The position numbers and the translations under genes are program-made. The notes below the pieces were generated by a model, which saw only the letters and a list, made by a program, of their open reading frames with translations, did not search any database and was not told where the DNA came from. From a bacterium (GTDB taxonomy: Bacteria; SZUA-182; DTGQ01; JAFGSM01), in contig JAFGSM010000188.1 in NCBI GenBank assembly GCA_016934595.1, positions 1-32,162 on the forward strand: 32,162 nucleotides of DNA, read 5' to 3'. Of the stretch, positions 17,020 to 29,331 are shown piece by piece (position 1 is the stretch's first letter; each line of letters opens with the position of its first letter).

Positions 17020-17793
17020 ATGACACACCCTTCAGACAACATATTCGAGCTTTTGACCCATCACCTGTCTGACAACGTGCTGGTAAAGATCAATATATTT
17101 GGGCTGGACATGAGCATCACAAAATACGTGGTCTTCATGTGGATCATATCCGGCGGGATTTTTCTATCTCTCTATATCCTGGCAAGAAAATACAGGGGGC
17201 GGGGCATAAGCGCCCCTGACCGCACCATGACCCTGATCGAGACCTTTGTAGGATTTGTAAGGGATGACATTGTGAGCCCTTTTATAGGGCATGAAAGGGA
17301 GAGGGCTTACCTTCATTTCTTCTGCACCCAGTTTTTATTCATCCTTGCCTGCAACCTGGTCGGCCTTATTCCGAAATCGGTCACAGTCACATCGAACCTT
17401 GCGGTCACAATGGGGCTTGCCCTGGTGACCTTTTTTTTCACGCAGGTCTATGGCATGGTGAGCCGGGGGCCTATTTCCTACTGGAAACACCTGGTCCCCG
17501 ATGGCGTGCCGGTTTTGCTCGCCCCGATAATAGCCCTCAATGAATTCATAAGCCTGTTCAGCAAGCCTTTTGCCCTCATGATCAGGCTTTTTGCAAACAT
17601 GCTTGCGGGGCATATCGTCATATTTGTCATCCTGTATCTGGTCATCATGTTCAGAAACCTGTTTCTGGGGGTCTTTACCGTACCTATCGCTGTGGCGGTT
17701 AGCCTCCTTGAGATATTCATCTGTGTTTTACAGGCATATATATTCACTTTCCTCTCAGCTATATTTGTGGGCATGGCAGGAGAGGCACATTAA
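17020..17793 (+). CDS. atpB: F-type ATP synthase Fo subunit a
   Basis: Multi-TM protein with the conserved C-terminal region ...LFANMLAGH.... Start chosen at ATG 17020 (MTHPSD) after RBS gggaag; the ORF track begins at a TTG at 16984. Confidence 0.9.
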   Translation: MTHPSDNIFELLTHHLSDNVLVKINIFGLDMSITKYVVFMWIISGGIFLSLYILARKYRGRGISAPDRTMTLIETFVGFVRDDIVSPFIGHERERAYLHFFCTQFLFILACNLVGLIPKSVTVTSNLAVTMGLALVTFFFTQVYGMVSRGPISYWKHLVPDGVPVLLAPIIALNEFISLFSKPFALMIRLFANMLAGHIVIFVILYLVIMFRNLFLGVFTVPIAVAVSLLEIFICVLQAYIFTFLSAIFVGMAGEAH

Positions 17794-17830
17794 TAGTTGA
17801 TTCAAAAACCTAAATAAGGAGGTAGATGAA

Positions 17831-18055
17831 ATGTTACCAAATATCGCTGCATTAGGAGCCGCATTAGGGGCCGGACTGGCTGCAGTCGGGGCAGGCATTG
17901 GCATAGGACTTATAGGCGGGGCTTCGCTTCAGGGGATTTCAAGGCAGCCTGACACCCTCAATCCGCTCAGGGCGACTATGTTGATAGCCGCAGCCCTTGT
18001 CGAGGGCATAGCTCTTTTCGCCCTTGTTATATGCATCATAGTGGCTACAAAATAG
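17831..18055 (+). CDS. atpE: F-type ATP synthase Fo subunit c
   Basis: 74-aa Gly/Ala-rich helical hairpin with the polar loop RQPD. RBS aaggaggtag upstream. Confidence 0.95.
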   Translation: MLPNIAALGAALGAGLAAVGAGIGIGLIGGASLQGISRQPDTLNPLRATMLIAAALVEGIALFALVICIIVATK

Positions 18056-18076
18056 GCATAGCCGGGAGATATTGGG

Positions 18077-18592
18077 ATGTTTGACATCATAAAGGAAGGT
18101 CTTCTGCAGATCCAGCCCGGGCTGATGATCTGGACGCTGGTCACATTCGGGCTGCTGGTCTTTGTCCTGTGGAGGTATGTCTGGGGCGTCATTCTCAATG
18201 CGCTGGATGCTAGGTCTGCAAAGATTTCCGAGGATCTTGAACACGCAAGGCAGGAAAAAGAGGTGGCGGACGGTCTCCTTGAGCAGAGGAAAAAGATGCT
18301 TCTGAGCGCGAAGGAGGAATCCCTGACGATTGTTAGCAGGACAAAGGCATCAACCGTGGAGATAAAGAATAATATCCTTACAGAGGCAAAAAAGGAGGCG
18401 GAGAAGCTTCTGCAAAAGGCCCAAAAGGATATTGAACAGCTCCGTCACAAGGCCATTGAGGAATTTAAGGCGGATCTGGTGGATATCACATTTAATATGA
18501 CGAATAAATTCCTTAATAAACAGATCGATCCCAAGGAAGGGGAGCGTCTGATGGACGAATACTTGGAAGAGTACGTAAAACATGCCAAATAA
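18077..18592 (+). CDS. atpF: F-type ATP synthase Fo subunit b
   Basis: 171 aa. One N-terminal TM helix then a long charged coiled coil. Sits between atpE and atpH. Confidence 0.85.
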   Translation: MFDIIKEGLLQIQPGLMIWTLVTFGLLVFVLWRYVWGVILNALDARSAKISEDLEHARQEKEVADGLLEQRKKMLLSAKEESLTIVSRTKASTVEIKNNILTEAKKEAEKLLQKAQKDIEQLRHKAIEEFKADLVDITFNMTNKFLNKQIDPKEGERLMDEYLEEYVKHAK

Positions 18593-18653
18593 TACAGATT
18601 GCCAGACATCTGTCAAGACCGAGCACGGGTTAGGGGACGATGTCTTCCTGACC

Positions 18654-19229
18654 ATGGGGCACAAGAAGTATAAGGCATCTATGGCATATGCCAAAGCGCT
18701 TTTCAATTTCGCTGTGGACTTCAAACTTCTTGGTCCTATCGGCAAGGGATTTGAGGAATTTATCTGCATATGGCGGCAGTCGTCGCTGATGAGGCGGTTT
18801 ATCCAGTGTCACGCCATAGACAGAAATACCAGAAAAGAGCGTATAAACAGCCTTTTTAAAGACCGTATGCATAAGGGGATCCTGTGTTTCTTAGGGAAGC
18901 TTATTGACAACAGTCATACAGAGCTTATTCCAGGCATTTACAGCATGTTTTCAGATATGGCGGATGAAGCCCGCAACAAAAGGCGTGTGCGTGTTGTGTC
19001 GGCTTTTCCTCTCAACTCTTCTCAAAAAAGCAGGCTTCAAAAAACGCTGGAGGATTACCTTAAACTGGCTGTCACGATCAGCAATGAGATAGACCCCAGG
19101 ATACTGGGCGGATTTGTTTGCTATACGGATTCAATAAAGATAGATATGTCATTGAAAAGAGACCTGGAAAAACTGAAGGACCGGGTTTTAACTATGCCTT
19201 GCGGGGGGGATAAAAAAGATGAAGGTTAA
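18654..19229 (+). CDS. atpH: F-type ATP synthase subunit delta (OSCP)
   Basis: Motif [15 protein letters not shown] near the N-terminus is typical of delta. The true start is uncertain (18582, 18654 or 18681); 18654 is chosen here. Confidence 0.75.
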   Translation: MGHKKYKASMAYAKALFNFAVDFKLLGPIGKGFEEFICIWRQSSLMRRFIQCHAIDRNTRKERINSLFKDRMHKGILCFLGKLIDNSHTELIPGIYSMFSDMADEARNKRRVRVVSAFPLNSSQKSRLQKTLEDYLKLAVTISNEIDPRILGGFVCYTDSIKIDMSLKRDLEKLKDRVLTMPCGGDKKDEG

Positions 19230-20820
19230 TGTTGCCGAACTTTCTCAAATAATTCAGAAAGAACTGGAAGCATACGAATCTCTACTGGAAGTAGATGAGG
19301 TAGGCACTGTGCTCGAGGTGGGGGATGGCATCGCCAGGGTGAGCGGGCTTAGAAATGCGATGTCTGCGGAGATGGTGGAGTTTGAGAACGGGATACAGGG
19401 GATTGTATTCAACCTTGAGCAGGAGACGGTTGGCATTGTCATACTTGGCGATTATCTGAAAATCAAGGAAGGCTTTCAGGCAAAGAGGCTCAAAAGGCTT
19501 CTTTCCGTGCCCGTAGGGGAGGCGCTTCTTGGAAGGATAGTAGATCCTCTGGGAAACCCCCTTGATGATATGGGGCCTGTGAGATGCGAAGAAAGCCGTC
19601 TTGTCGAATCCCCTGCCCCAGGTATATCCGCACGCAAACCTGTAAGGACACCGCTTCAGACCGGCATAAAGGCCATAGACGCCATGGTTCCCATTGGCAG
19701 GGGGCAAAGGGAGCTGATAATCGGTGACAGAAAGACCGGAAAAACGGCCATTGCGATAGATACCATTATAAATCAGAGGGAAAGCGGGGTAATCTGTATC
19801 TATGTCGCCATCGGTCAAAAGACGTCAACGATCGCCGCAGTTGTTGAAAAACTCAAAGAATATGACGCGATGGACTATACCATCATCGTATCGGCAAGCG
19901 CCAGCGCAAATTTTCCGCTCCAGTACATAGCCCCCTATGCAGGATGCGCTATGGCGGAGTGGTTTGTGAATGAAAAACACAAGGATACTCTCATAGTATA
20001 TGATGACCTATCCAAACATGCGGACGCATACAGGCAGCTTTCCCTGCTTCTGAACCGTCCGCCTGGAAGGGAGGCATACCCAGGAGACGTGTTTTATCTG
20101 CATTCCAGGCTGCTTGAGAGGTCAGCAAAGCTGTCGGACGATCTTGGAGGAGGTTCGATGACAGCCCTGCCTATAATAGAGACACAGGAAGGTGAGGTCT
20201 CCGCCTACATCCCCACCAATGTAATCTCCATTACAGATGGCCAGATATACCTTCTTCCAAATCTGTTTGCTGCAGGCATCCGGCCTGCTATAGATGTGGG
20301 CATATCGGTCTCCCGTGTCGGAGGGAATGCCCAGATCCATGCCATGAAGCAGGTAGCTGGGACACTGAGGCTGGAAATGGCCCAGTTCAGGGAGCTTCAG
20401 GCATTTGCACAGTTGGGAACCGATCTTGACCCTGCCACACAAAGGCAGTTAAAGCGGGGCATGTGCCTTGTGGAGCTTCTTAAACAGCCTCAGTTCAAGA
20501 CGATGAAAGTCGAGGATCAGGTGGCGCTAATCTATGTGGCATCTCACGGCTGCTGCGACATGATCCCTCCTGGCATGGTAAGGCAGTTTGAGGCTGAATT
20601 CCTTGAGTATATAAACGGCGTTTATCCTCATGTAATCAGTGATATTGCGCAGACAGGGAGGCTTAATAACAAGACACTGCTCAAAGAGATAGGAGAGGAG
20701 TACAGCAGGAAATTTATCAAGGATCACAATATCGTACAGGACACCGAAGAGGATGGATGCGAATGTCCCCAAAAAACAGAACAACAGAAACCGCATGACG
20801 TTGAAGGGGGCTCAAGGTAG
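19219..20820 (+). CDS. atpA: F-type ATP synthase subunit alpha
   Basis: 533 aa with Walker A GDRKTGKT and alpha family motifs. Carries an acidic Cys-containing C-terminal tail of about 20 aa (...[24 protein letters not shown]). Confidence 0.95.
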   Translation: MKVNVAELSQIIQKELEAYESLLEVDEVGTVLEVGDGIARVSGLRNAMSAEMVEFENGIQGIVFNLEQETVGIVILGDYLKIKEGFQAKRLKRLLSVPVGEALLGRIVDPLGNPLDDMGPVRCEESRLVESPAPGISARKPVRTPLQTGIKAIDAMVPIGRGQRELIIGDRKTGKTAIAIDTIINQRESGVICIYVAIGQKTSTIAAVVEKLKEYDAMDYTIIVSASASANFPLQYIAPYAGCAMAEWFVNEKHKDTLIVYDDLSKHADAYRQLSLLLNRPPGREAYPGDVFYLHSRLLERSAKLSDDLGGGSMTALPIIETQEGEVSAYIPTNVISITDGQIYLLPNLFAAGIRPAIDVGISVSRVGGNAQIHAMKQVAGTLRLEMAQFRELQAFAQLGTDLDPATQRQLKRGMCLVELLKQPQFKTMKVEDQVALIYVASHGCCDMIPPGMVRQFEAEFLEYINGVYPHVISDIAQTGRLNNKTLLKEIGEEYSRKFIKDHNIVQDTEEDGCECPQKTEQQKPHDVEGGSR

Positions 20821-20823
20821 ACA

Positions 20824-21723
20824 GTGGCTACGCTTCGCGACATAAGAAAGAGGATAGAGGCGGCGGCCAACATCCGCAAGATCACCCAGACCATGGAGAG
20901 GATATCGGCTGTCAGGGTGATGCGATCAAACAGGAGGCTTGAAAAGACAAGGGAATATTCCACCGCCCTCAAAGATATAGCCGCTGATCTCTTCTATACA
21001 GGGATACAGGATGAAAACAGCTTCAGGGATATCTGCCTGCTCCATAGCAGGAAAGAGATAAAAGAGGTGGGGATCGTTGTTGTTACAAGCAATCAGGGCA
21101 TGTGTGGAGGGTTCAATTACAATATCATTCAGGAGGCAGAAAGGGTCTACCAGCAATTCTGCGTTGGCAAAAATGTGCCCAAGGTGTTTGCTGTCGGGAA
21201 AAAGGGGATACAGCACTTCAGGAACATGGGCATCCGCCTGCATTTCGCATGTGATCAGTATTCGGATAAATTCAGTTATGATGACATAAGAGCGTTGGGG
21301 CAAAAACTGATCATTTCCCTGGAGACAGGCGATCTTGACGAGGTGTTCATAGTTTATAACCACCTGGAATCCTCTTCAATAAGGGGGCCTGTTGTGGAGG
21401 CGCTGCTTCCATGCGATGAATTTTTGAGGGAGATCCATTCCCCTGAAAAAAAGAAACGCAAGCTGTTTGTGTGCGAACCCAATGTCCATGACCTGATAGA
21501 CGCAGTGCTTCCCGAACTTGTCATAAACAGGCTTTTTCAGGCAGTGCTTGAGAGCATTGTTTCCGAGCATATAAGCAGGAGGCTTGCCATGCAGCAGGCA
21601 TCTGTTTCAGCAAAGGACATGATCACAGAGATGCGAAACAGATACCATGCGCTGAGAAAATCGAAGATAACAAGGGAACTCAACGAAATCATGGGGACAA
21701 TACTTGCCCTTCAGAGGGATTGA
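20824..21723 (+). CDS. atpG: F-type ATP synthase subunit gamma
   Basis: GTG start. N-terminus MATLRDIRKRIEAAANIRKITQTMERIS matches conserved gamma. Confidence 0.9.
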   Translation: MATLRDIRKRIEAAANIRKITQTMERISAVRVMRSNRRLEKTREYSTALKDIAADLFYTGIQDENSFRDICLLHSRKEIKEVGIVVVTSNQGMCGGFNYNIIQEAERVYQQFCVGKNVPKVFAVGKKGIQHFRNMGIRLHFACDQYSDKFSYDDIRALGQKLIISLETGDLDEVFIVYNHLESSSIRGPVVEALLPCDEFLREIHSPEKKKRKLFVCEPNVHDLIDAVLPELVINRLFQAVLESIVSEHISRRLAMQQASVSAKDMITEMRNRYHALRKSKITRELNEIMGTILALQRD

Positions 21724-23148
<1,425 letters not shown>

Positions 23149-23150
23149 GG

Positions 23151-23480
23151 ATGGAGGGCTCGCAGCCTATAAGGGTCAGGATAATCACCCCTGAGAAGAC
23201 CGAATACGACGAGATGGTAAATCATGCAATGCTTCCTGGCATAGAAGGAAATGCCGGCATATTCCATAAGCACACCCCGTTCATGACATATCTTAAGCCA
23301 GGATATCTATACATATACATGCAGGGCAAAAGGATCGTCCGCATAGGCATGAAAAGCGCCATTCTGGAATTCAAAGACGATTCCCTGACCATACTCACCT
23401 CAGATGAAATATATCAGGAGGATTTTTATACCGGTCAGGCGGATCAATCGAATGAGCAGGATAATGTCTCTCAGAAATAA
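23151..23480 (+). CDS. atpC: F-type ATP synthase subunit epsilon
   Basis: 109 aa, beta-sandwich N-terminus ([10 protein letters not shown]...). Last gene of the operon. Converges with glnS with a 10-nt overlap. Confidence 0.85.
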   Translation: MEGSQPIRVRIITPEKTEYDEMVNHAMLPGIEGNAGIFHKHTPFMTYLKPGYLYIYMQGKRIVRIGMKSAILEFKDDSLTILTSDEIYQEDFYTGQADQSNEQDNVSQK

Positions 23481-25204
23481 GGTGCTTCAGTTCCACGAGA
23501 TTTTTCTATCTTGGCCCACGAATCACGCAAGGATACAGTCCTGTTGAAGACAGGCTTTTCAGGGGAAGAGTCTACTGAGTCTACGCAAAAGTAGCCCTGT
23601 CTCAGAAACTGGTAGAAGCTCCCAGGAGCGGTTTCGGCAAGGCATGGTTCGACCCTGCAAGACGTCAATGTCTCAAGGGAGTTGGGATTTAAGAATGTCC
23701 TGAAATCTCTATCCTTTTCATCATCGGGGTTCGCCCTCAGGAACAAGTGATCATAAAGACGCACTTCGGCTTTCACGGAGTGGGCCGCCGAGACCCAGTG
23801 AGATGTGCCCTTTACGATGCGTCCATCTTTTGACCAACCGCCTCTTGTCTCCGGATCATAGGTGCAGTGCAGTTGAATCACCTCGCCTGTATGTTCGTCC
23901 TTAATTACCTTTGTGCATTTGATGTAATATGCATGTTTCAGGCGTATCTCGCTGCCGGGGGACAGGCGGAAAAACTTCTTCGGTGGATTCTCTCGAAAAT
24001 CATGCTGCTCGATATACAGTGTTTTTGAGAATAGGACCTTCCTTGAACCCATACCTGGGTCTTCGGGATTGTTTTCGGCGTCCATCTCTTCCACTTTTTC
24101 TTCGGGGTAGTTGTCTATTATCACCTTAAGTGGACGCAATACCGCCATAACCCGAGGGGCTCTCCGGTTGAGGTCTTCCCTTATATAGTGTTCAAGCAGG
24201 GCTATATCTACTACACTTTCCCTCTTTGCCACTCCGATACGGTCACAAAAATTTCGGATTGACTCAGGGGTATAGCCACGCCTTCGCAGGCCGGCTATCG
24301 TAGGCATGCGGGGGTCGTCCCATCCGCTGACGAGTTTTCCTTCAACAAGGGCCAGGAGCTTTCGTTTGCTCAATATAGTATGGCTGAGATTAAGCCTGGC
24401 AAATTCGATCTGCCGGGGGTGGCAATCCACTTCCAGTTGATCGAGAAACCAGTCATACAATGGGCGGTTGTTTTCAAACTCCATAGTGCAAATAGAATGG
24501 GTGATGCCCTCGATAGAATCCGAAAGGCAATGGGTAAAATCATACATTGGATAGATGCACCATTTATTGCCTGTCCTGTGATGCTCTGCCCTGAGTATGC
24601 GGTACATGACAGGGTCGCGCATATTTAGATTCGGGGATGCCATATCGATCTTAGCGCGAAGCACACGGGATCCGTCCTCGAATTCTCCTGAGCGCATACA
24701 TTCAAACAGATCCAGGTTTTCTTCTGCAGACCGGTTGCGATAAGGGCTTTCCCTGCCAGGTTCGGTTAAGGTGCCGCGATATTCCCGTATTTCGTCAGGG
24801 CTCAGATCGCAAACATAGGCCTTGCCCTTTTTTATGAGCTGCACGGCGTACTGATACAGCCTGTCGAAATAGTCGGATGCATAGAACAGACGGTCGCCCC
24901 AGTCGAATCCAAGCCACCTTACGTCTTTCATTATGGATTCCACATATTTAATATCTTCCTTGCTTGGATTTGTGTCATCGAATCTTAGGTTGCACAGGCC
25001 GCCTTTATGTTCGGCTGCGATTCCGAAATTCAGGCAGATGGATTTTGCATGTCCTATATGCAGATAGCCGTTCGGCTCAGGCGGGAATCTGGTATGCACC
25101 CTGCCATCATTTTTGTTTGCCTTCAGGTCTTCTGCGATAATGTTTCTGATAAAATCTAATGAGGCTGAAGGATCGGTATGTTCAGGTGAAAAATTTATAG
25201 TCAT
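23471..25204 (-). CDS. glnS: Glutaminyl-tRNA synthetase, class I
   Basis: 577 aa with HIGH motif ([12 protein letters not shown]), KMSKS-like LSHTILSKR, and a GlnRS-type anticodon-binding C-terminus. Confidence 0.9.
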   Translation of the reverse strand: MTINFSPEHTDPSASLDFIRNIIAEDLKANKNDGRVHTRFPPEPNGYLHIGHAKSICLNFGIAAEHKGGLCNLRFDDTNPSKEDIKYVESIMKDVRWLGFDWGDRLFYASDYFDRLYQYAVQLIKKGKAYVCDLSPDEIREYRGTLTEPGRESPYRNRSAEENLDLFECMRSGEFEDGSRVLRAKIDMASPNLNMRDPVMYRILRAEHHRTGNKWCIYPMYDFTHCLSDSIEGITHSICTMEFENNRPLYDWFLDQLEVDCHPRQIEFARLNLSHTILSKRKLLALVEGKLVSGWDDPRMPTIAGLRRRGYTPESIRNFCDRIGVAKRESVVDIALLEHYIREDLNRRAPRVMAVLRPLKVIIDNYPEEKVEEMDAENNPEDPGMGSRKVLFSKTLYIEQHDFRENPPKKFFRLSPGSEIRLKHAYYIKCTKVIKDEHTGEVIQLHCTYDPETRGGWSKDGRIVKGTSHWVSAAHSVKAEVRLYDHLFLRANPDDEKDRDFRTFLNPNSLETLTSCRVEPCLAETAPGSFYQFLRQGYFCVDSVDSSPEKPVFNRTVSLRDSWAKIEKSRGTEAPYF

Positions 25205-25205
25205 T

Positions 25206-26297
25206 TCAATTTTTGATAAATTCGTTGGTCATCCTGAATGCATCATCATCTGTGAACTGCCGCGGGGGATGTTTAAAGAAATAGGAGGATGGCGCTTCAA
25301 GCGCCCCGCCTATCCCACGATCAATGGCAAGTTTTGCACAACGGATGGCGTCTATGGCGACCCCTGCGGAGTTGGGCGAATCCTCTACAGACAGCCGGAG
25401 TTCAAGATTCATCGGCACATCGCCAAAGAGCCTGCCCTCCATTCGGATGAAGCAGATTTTATTGTCGTTTTGCCAGGGCACATAATCGCTTGGCCCGATA
25501 TGGATGTTTTCGTCATCCATTCGTTTGGCTGCCACGGCCTGAACAGCCTCGGTCTTGGATTTTTTCTTAGAGGTCAGGCGGGTGCGGTTGAGCATATTGA
25601 GAAAATCCGTGTTGCCGCCGGTATTTAGCTGATAGGTTCTGTCGAGTTTGACGCCCCGTTTGGCGAACAGGTCGGTCAAAACCCTGTGGGTGATGGTTGC
25701 GCCCAACTGGGATTTTATGTCGTCGCCCATGATGGGGATGTTTTTTTCTTCAAAACGTTTGGCCCATTGGGGATTGCTGGCGATAAAGACAGGTATATTA
25801 TTAATAAAGGCCACGCCTGCCTTTAATGCGCAACCGGCATAAAACAGTGCGGCCTTTTCAGATCCGACCGGAAGGTAATTCAACAGGACTTCCGATCCTG
25901 ATTCCTTGAGCGTTTTTAAGATTTCTTCCTCGGTTGGTTCAGGTTTGTCGGCCACAACAAAAGTGCGTCTTTCATCATAATCTTTCATATGTTCTGAAAA
26001 CCCGTCCAGTATCTTCCCCATTTGCACGATTACATTAGATTTTACAAGCCTTGGATAAAAAACCTTCGTGCAGTTGGGAGGTGAAAAAATGGCTTCGTTC
26101 ACGCCGGAGCCGACTTTTCTTTTATCTATATCAAAGGCTGCAACAACTTCGATATCACCGGGTTTATATCCGCCGATTTCCCAATGCATGAGGCCGGTTG
26201 CATCTTGAGTGTCCTTTTCCCTGTAATAATGGATTCCCTGAATAAGCGAACTGGCACAGTTTCCAATACCTACTATTGCGATTTTAATCTTGCTCAT
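25206..26297 (-). CDS. ino1: myo-Inositol-1-phosphate synthase (archaeal/bacterial short type)
   Basis: Start taken at [21 protein letters not shown] (Rossmann NAD-binding), after RBS ggggtga; the ORF track begins 26 codons upstream at 26375. Conserved MIPS core throughout. Confidence 0.85.
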   Translation of the reverse strand: MSKIKIAIVGIGNCASSLIQGIHYYREKDTQDATGLMHWEIGGYKPGDIEVVAAFDIDKRKVGSGVNEAIFSPPNCTKVFYPRLVKSNVIVQMGKILDGFSEHMKDYDERRTFVVADKPEPTEEEILKTLKESGSEVLLNYLPVGSEKAALFYAGCALKAGVAFINNIPVFIASNPQWAKRFEEKNIPIMGDDIKSQLGATITHRVLTDLFAKRGVKLDRTYQLNTGGNTDFLNMLNRTRLTSKKKSKTEAVQAVAAKRMDDENIHIGPSDYVPWQNDNKICFIRMEGRLFGDVPMNLELRLSVEDSPNSAGVAIDAIRCAKLAIDRGIGGALEAPSSYFFKHPPRQFTDDDAFRMTNEFIKN

Positions 26298-26422
26298 AGA
26301 TATCGTCACCCCATCAATGTCATCATGATACTTCATAAAATCCATAAAATCAATTTTTGATATAAAATCAAGCAATCAGATTTTAAATGGCAGATATAAT
26401 GCCCTGAGGGTCTCGTATAATT

Positions 26423-27244
26423 TTACCAACCGCCGCTTGCCCCGCCTCCCCCGCTCATGCCTCCGCCGAAGCCGCCGAACCCTCCGCTGAATCCGCCTCT
26501 GCCGCTTGACCATCCCCCTCCGCCAGGAAATCCCAAAAACAGAAGAGGCCAAAGGCCGCTTCTTATCAGGAATATGAATATAAATAGAAATAACAGCAAT
26601 GAGAATATGCCTCCTAACCTTGAGGATTTTTGGGATATATTGGATATGTCTTCGGGGTTGGTCCTGAAAGCCATTCCATCAGGCAGGCTGATCCCGTATT
26701 CTTTGGCTATCAGGTTAAGCACAGACTCTGTTCCGGCCAATAGACCCTGATCGAAACGGCCTTGTTTGAAGTTTGGTGTGATGACCTGACGGATAATCTC
26801 GCCTGCTGTGCCGTCCGTTATAGCGCCTTCGAGGCCATATCCCACCTCTATCCTGACCTTCCTTTCCTCGACGGCCACAAGGATAAGTATGCCGTTGTCC
26901 TTATCCTTCTGTCCGATCCGCCATTTTTCAAAAAGAAGGACTGCATAATCTTCAATATTGTAAGGGCTGATTGTTTTCAGGGTTACAACCGCCACCTCTG
27001 AGCCTGTCTTCTGTTTCATGTATGTAATCAAATTATTTAAATGCTGGACGGATTCGGATGACAGGAGCTTTGCAAGGTCAGTCACATAACCCTGCGGCGC
27101 AGGAAAGAAGGTTTCTTTTGCATTTGCCGCGCAGGAAAAGGGATATATAACAAGGACGATAATAGCAAGAAAAATGGCGAATTTAATGAGGGCTGATATT
27201 TTTATGTCTTTATCCCGGTTCAGGAAAGGGTTCCTTATATTCAT
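26423..27244 (-). CDS. TPM-domain protein (TLP18.3/Psb32/MOLO-1 family) with a TM anchor and Gly-rich C-terminal tail
   Basis: 273 aa. Signal/TM, then a TPM phosphatase-like domain (GILILVAVEERKVRIEVGYGLEG), a second TM, and a GGxGG-rich tail. Confidence 0.8.
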   Translation of the reverse strand: MNIRNPFLNRDKDIKISALIKFAIFLAIIVLVIYPFSCAANAKETFFPAPQGYVTDLAKLLSSESVQHLNNLITYMKQKTGSEVAVVTLKTISPYNIEDYAVLLFEKWRIGQKDKDNGILILVAVEERKVRIEVGYGLEGAITDGTAGEIIRQVITPNFKQGRFDQGLLAGTESVLNLIAKEYGISLPDGMAFRTNPEDISNISQKSSRLGGIFSLLLFLFIFIFLIRSGLWPLLFLGFPGGGGWSSGRGGFSGGFGGFGGGMSGGGGASGGW

Positions 27245-27263
27245 GATCCTTAAATTAGGCCTA

Positions 27264-28037
27264 TTACGAATGTATAATATTTATCCGGTCGATCTTTGTC
27301 GCCAGTTCAGTCAAGTCATTCATATACCCTTTGAATATACTGTCTATACATGGGCGATCAGGTTTATGGGCGCCCTTTTTTATATCCAGGATGTCTATAA
27401 ACGCCTTCCCTTCAAGGTGAAATTCATGGCAGACCTGCCTGATGATCTCTTCATTGGTCTTTGGAGGGATGGAGCCGGGTTTAACAAGGCGGATGGAGTT
27501 TCTTAATATAGGAAGAAGGCTTGTCAATGATCCGGTCAAGACCCTAAGGATATGACGCTTATTTAATCCCGTCTCAAGATATGCCTGACGAAGACGAATT
27601 ATCTTGCCTTTTATCTGCTGCTCGCACTGGAGCCTCAGGTTTTTGGGATCGATAACAAGATCAGGGAAAGGGTCTGTGCCGTAAAGGCTTATGTGTTTCT
27701 CTTTCATATCGAGGAATTCGGCAGGAAAGACGTCTAATGATGTGTTTATATGCTCAGGCGTAAGAAATAGGGGCGCGGATATCCTTTTTTTGCGGCCAAA
27801 CTTTATCAGTTTGAGGGATTTCTGAAGGTCTTCCATCTCCAGCCGGTCTATCATCACCATAAGATTTATGTCGGATCGTTTTGGGATATGGTCCCCGACA
27901 GAGGCGCTTCCATATATACATATAAAGCAGATCCTTCCCGCAAAGTCTTGCAGCAGCCTCTGGCAAAATATGCTTACATTTTCTCTGAGCCTCGGATCGA
28001 GGATGTCCAGATTTTTTAAGGTGTTTTCCATTATCAT
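27264..28037 (-). CDS. Nucleotidyltransferase-fold protein (Pol-beta superfamily) with a C-terminal helical domain
   Basis: Motif IYGSASVGDHIPKRSDINLMVMI is a GS...SDxN variant of GS...DxD. Start taken at MIMENT, overlapping the tatD stop by 4 nt; the ORF track begins at 28076. Confidence 0.6.
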   Translation of the reverse strand: MIMENTLKNLDILDPRLRENVSIFCQRLLQDFAGRICFICIYGSASVGDHIPKRSDINLMVMIDRLEMEDLQKSLKLIKFGRKKRISAPLFLTPEHINTSLDVFPAEFLDMKEKHISLYGTDPFPDLVIDPKNLRLQCEQQIKGKIIRLRQAYLETGLNKRHILRVLTGSLTSLLPILRNSIRLVKPGSIPPKTNEEIIRQVCHEFHLEGKAFIDILDIKKGAHKPDRPCIDSIFKGYMNDLTELATKIDRINIIHS

Positions 28038-28822
28038 TCCATTACAATGCCAAACATGAGGGAGAAATTGATGCATACCTTTTCTTTAAGCTCATCTGTG
28101 TGTACCCCTTTTATCTGCGCAATCCTTTCATAGGTATGCAGGACATATGCCGGCTCATTCCTTTTGCCCCGGAATGTTTGTGGGGAAAGGTAAGGGGAGT
28201 CTGTTTCCACAAGCAGCCTGTCCATGGGCGTAAAACGAACTGCATCACGAAGTTTCTCTGCACTCGGGTAAGTTACAGGGCCTGCAAAGGAGAGTGATGC
28301 CCCCCATGAAAGGAGCCCTTTTGCCTGATCCGTGTCTCCTGAAAAGCAGTGAATCAGTACCTTTGCAGGGTTTATATGTACGGTTTTCAGGATATCTATC
28401 AACAGGGGATATGCCTGACGGCAGTGGATGATTACAGGGAGGGAAACCCCGGCGGCAAGGCTCAACTGTTCCCTGAATACCCCTTCCTGACATTCAGGGT
28501 CAGAGTGTTTGTAGTAAAAGTCGAGTCCGATTTCGCCTACGGCTAAAATATCTTTGTTGTTTAGAATGAGCGACTTGAGGTTTTCGTATGATGAATCATC
28601 TACATCCTTGGCTATATGAGGGTGATAGCCTAAACCTGAATATATAAATCCGGGATATTTCGCTGCCAGGGCGATCTCACTTGTGAACTCTTCGGGGCTT
28701 GTTCCGATGCTGAGGATCGCCTTGACGCCTTTTTTTTTGGCTCTTGAAATGACCTCATCACGATCGGGATCGAAATCGGCCTGACTCAGGTGTGCATGAG
28801 AATCAATGGCGCCTATGTTCAT
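28034..28822 (-). CDS. tatD: TatD-family metal-dependent hydrolase (DNase)
   Basis: 262 aa. N-terminal IDSHAHL metal-binding motif and a TIM-barrel TatD pattern. Confidence 0.9.
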   Translation of the reverse strand: MNIGAIDSHAHLSQADFDPDRDEVISRAKKKGVKAILSIGTSPEEFTSEIALAAKYPGFIYSGLGYHPHIAKDVDDSSYENLKSLILNNKDILAVGEIGLDFYYKHSDPECQEGVFREQLSLAAGVSLPVIIHCRQAYPLLIDILKTVHINPAKVLIHCFSGDTDQAKGLLSWGASLSFAGPVTYPSAEKLRDAVRFTPMDRLLVETDSPYLSPQTFRGKRNEPAYVLHTYERIAQIKGVHTDELKEKVCINFSLMFGIVME

Positions 28823-29304
28823 CCGTTTTCCTTCTTTATAAAAACGCCGCTTTTCCCGCCGGATTTGCGAATAAGTTCGACCTTATGAATGCTCATGCCG
28901 CGGTCTATGGCCTTGCACATGTCATAAATGGTCAGCGCAGCCACGCAAACAGCGGTCATGGCCTCCATTTCAATCCCTGTCCTGTCCACCGTTTTTACAA
29001 TAGCCTCTATATCCACCCTGTTTTTTTCTTTCACAGGCAGAAAGGATATGCCGATGGATGTGATAGGGATTGGATGACAAAGAGGTATTAGCTGGGAGGT
29101 GCGTTTCGCTGCCATGATACCGGCAAGCCTGGCCACTTCGAAGACATCCCCTTTGGAGATGCCTTTATCCATTATCCTTTGCAGGGTTTCAGGCTTCATT
29201 TCTACCGAGCCCCTTGCCAGGGCTTCACGAGCGGTAACGGGCTTATCCGAGATATCTACCATCTTGGACCGGCCTTGTTCATCAAAATGTGTCAGATCCT
29301 GCAT
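28819..29304 (-). CDS. moaC: Cyclic pyranopterin monophosphate synthase accessory protein MoaC
   Basis: 161 aa. Conserved MoaC core (KGDVFEVARLAGIMAAKRTSQLIPLCHP). Confidence 0.9.
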   Translation of the reverse strand: MQDLTHFDEQGRSKMVDISDKPVTAREALARGSVEMKPETLQRIMDKGISKGDVFEVARLAGIMAAKRTSQLIPLCHPIPITSIGISFLPVKEKNRVDIEAIVKTVDRTGIEMEAMTAVCVAALTIYDMCKAIDRGMSIHKVELIRKSGGKSGVFIKKENG

Positions 29305-29331
29305 TAAAAATCCCTTTTAATTGCGGTTCCA

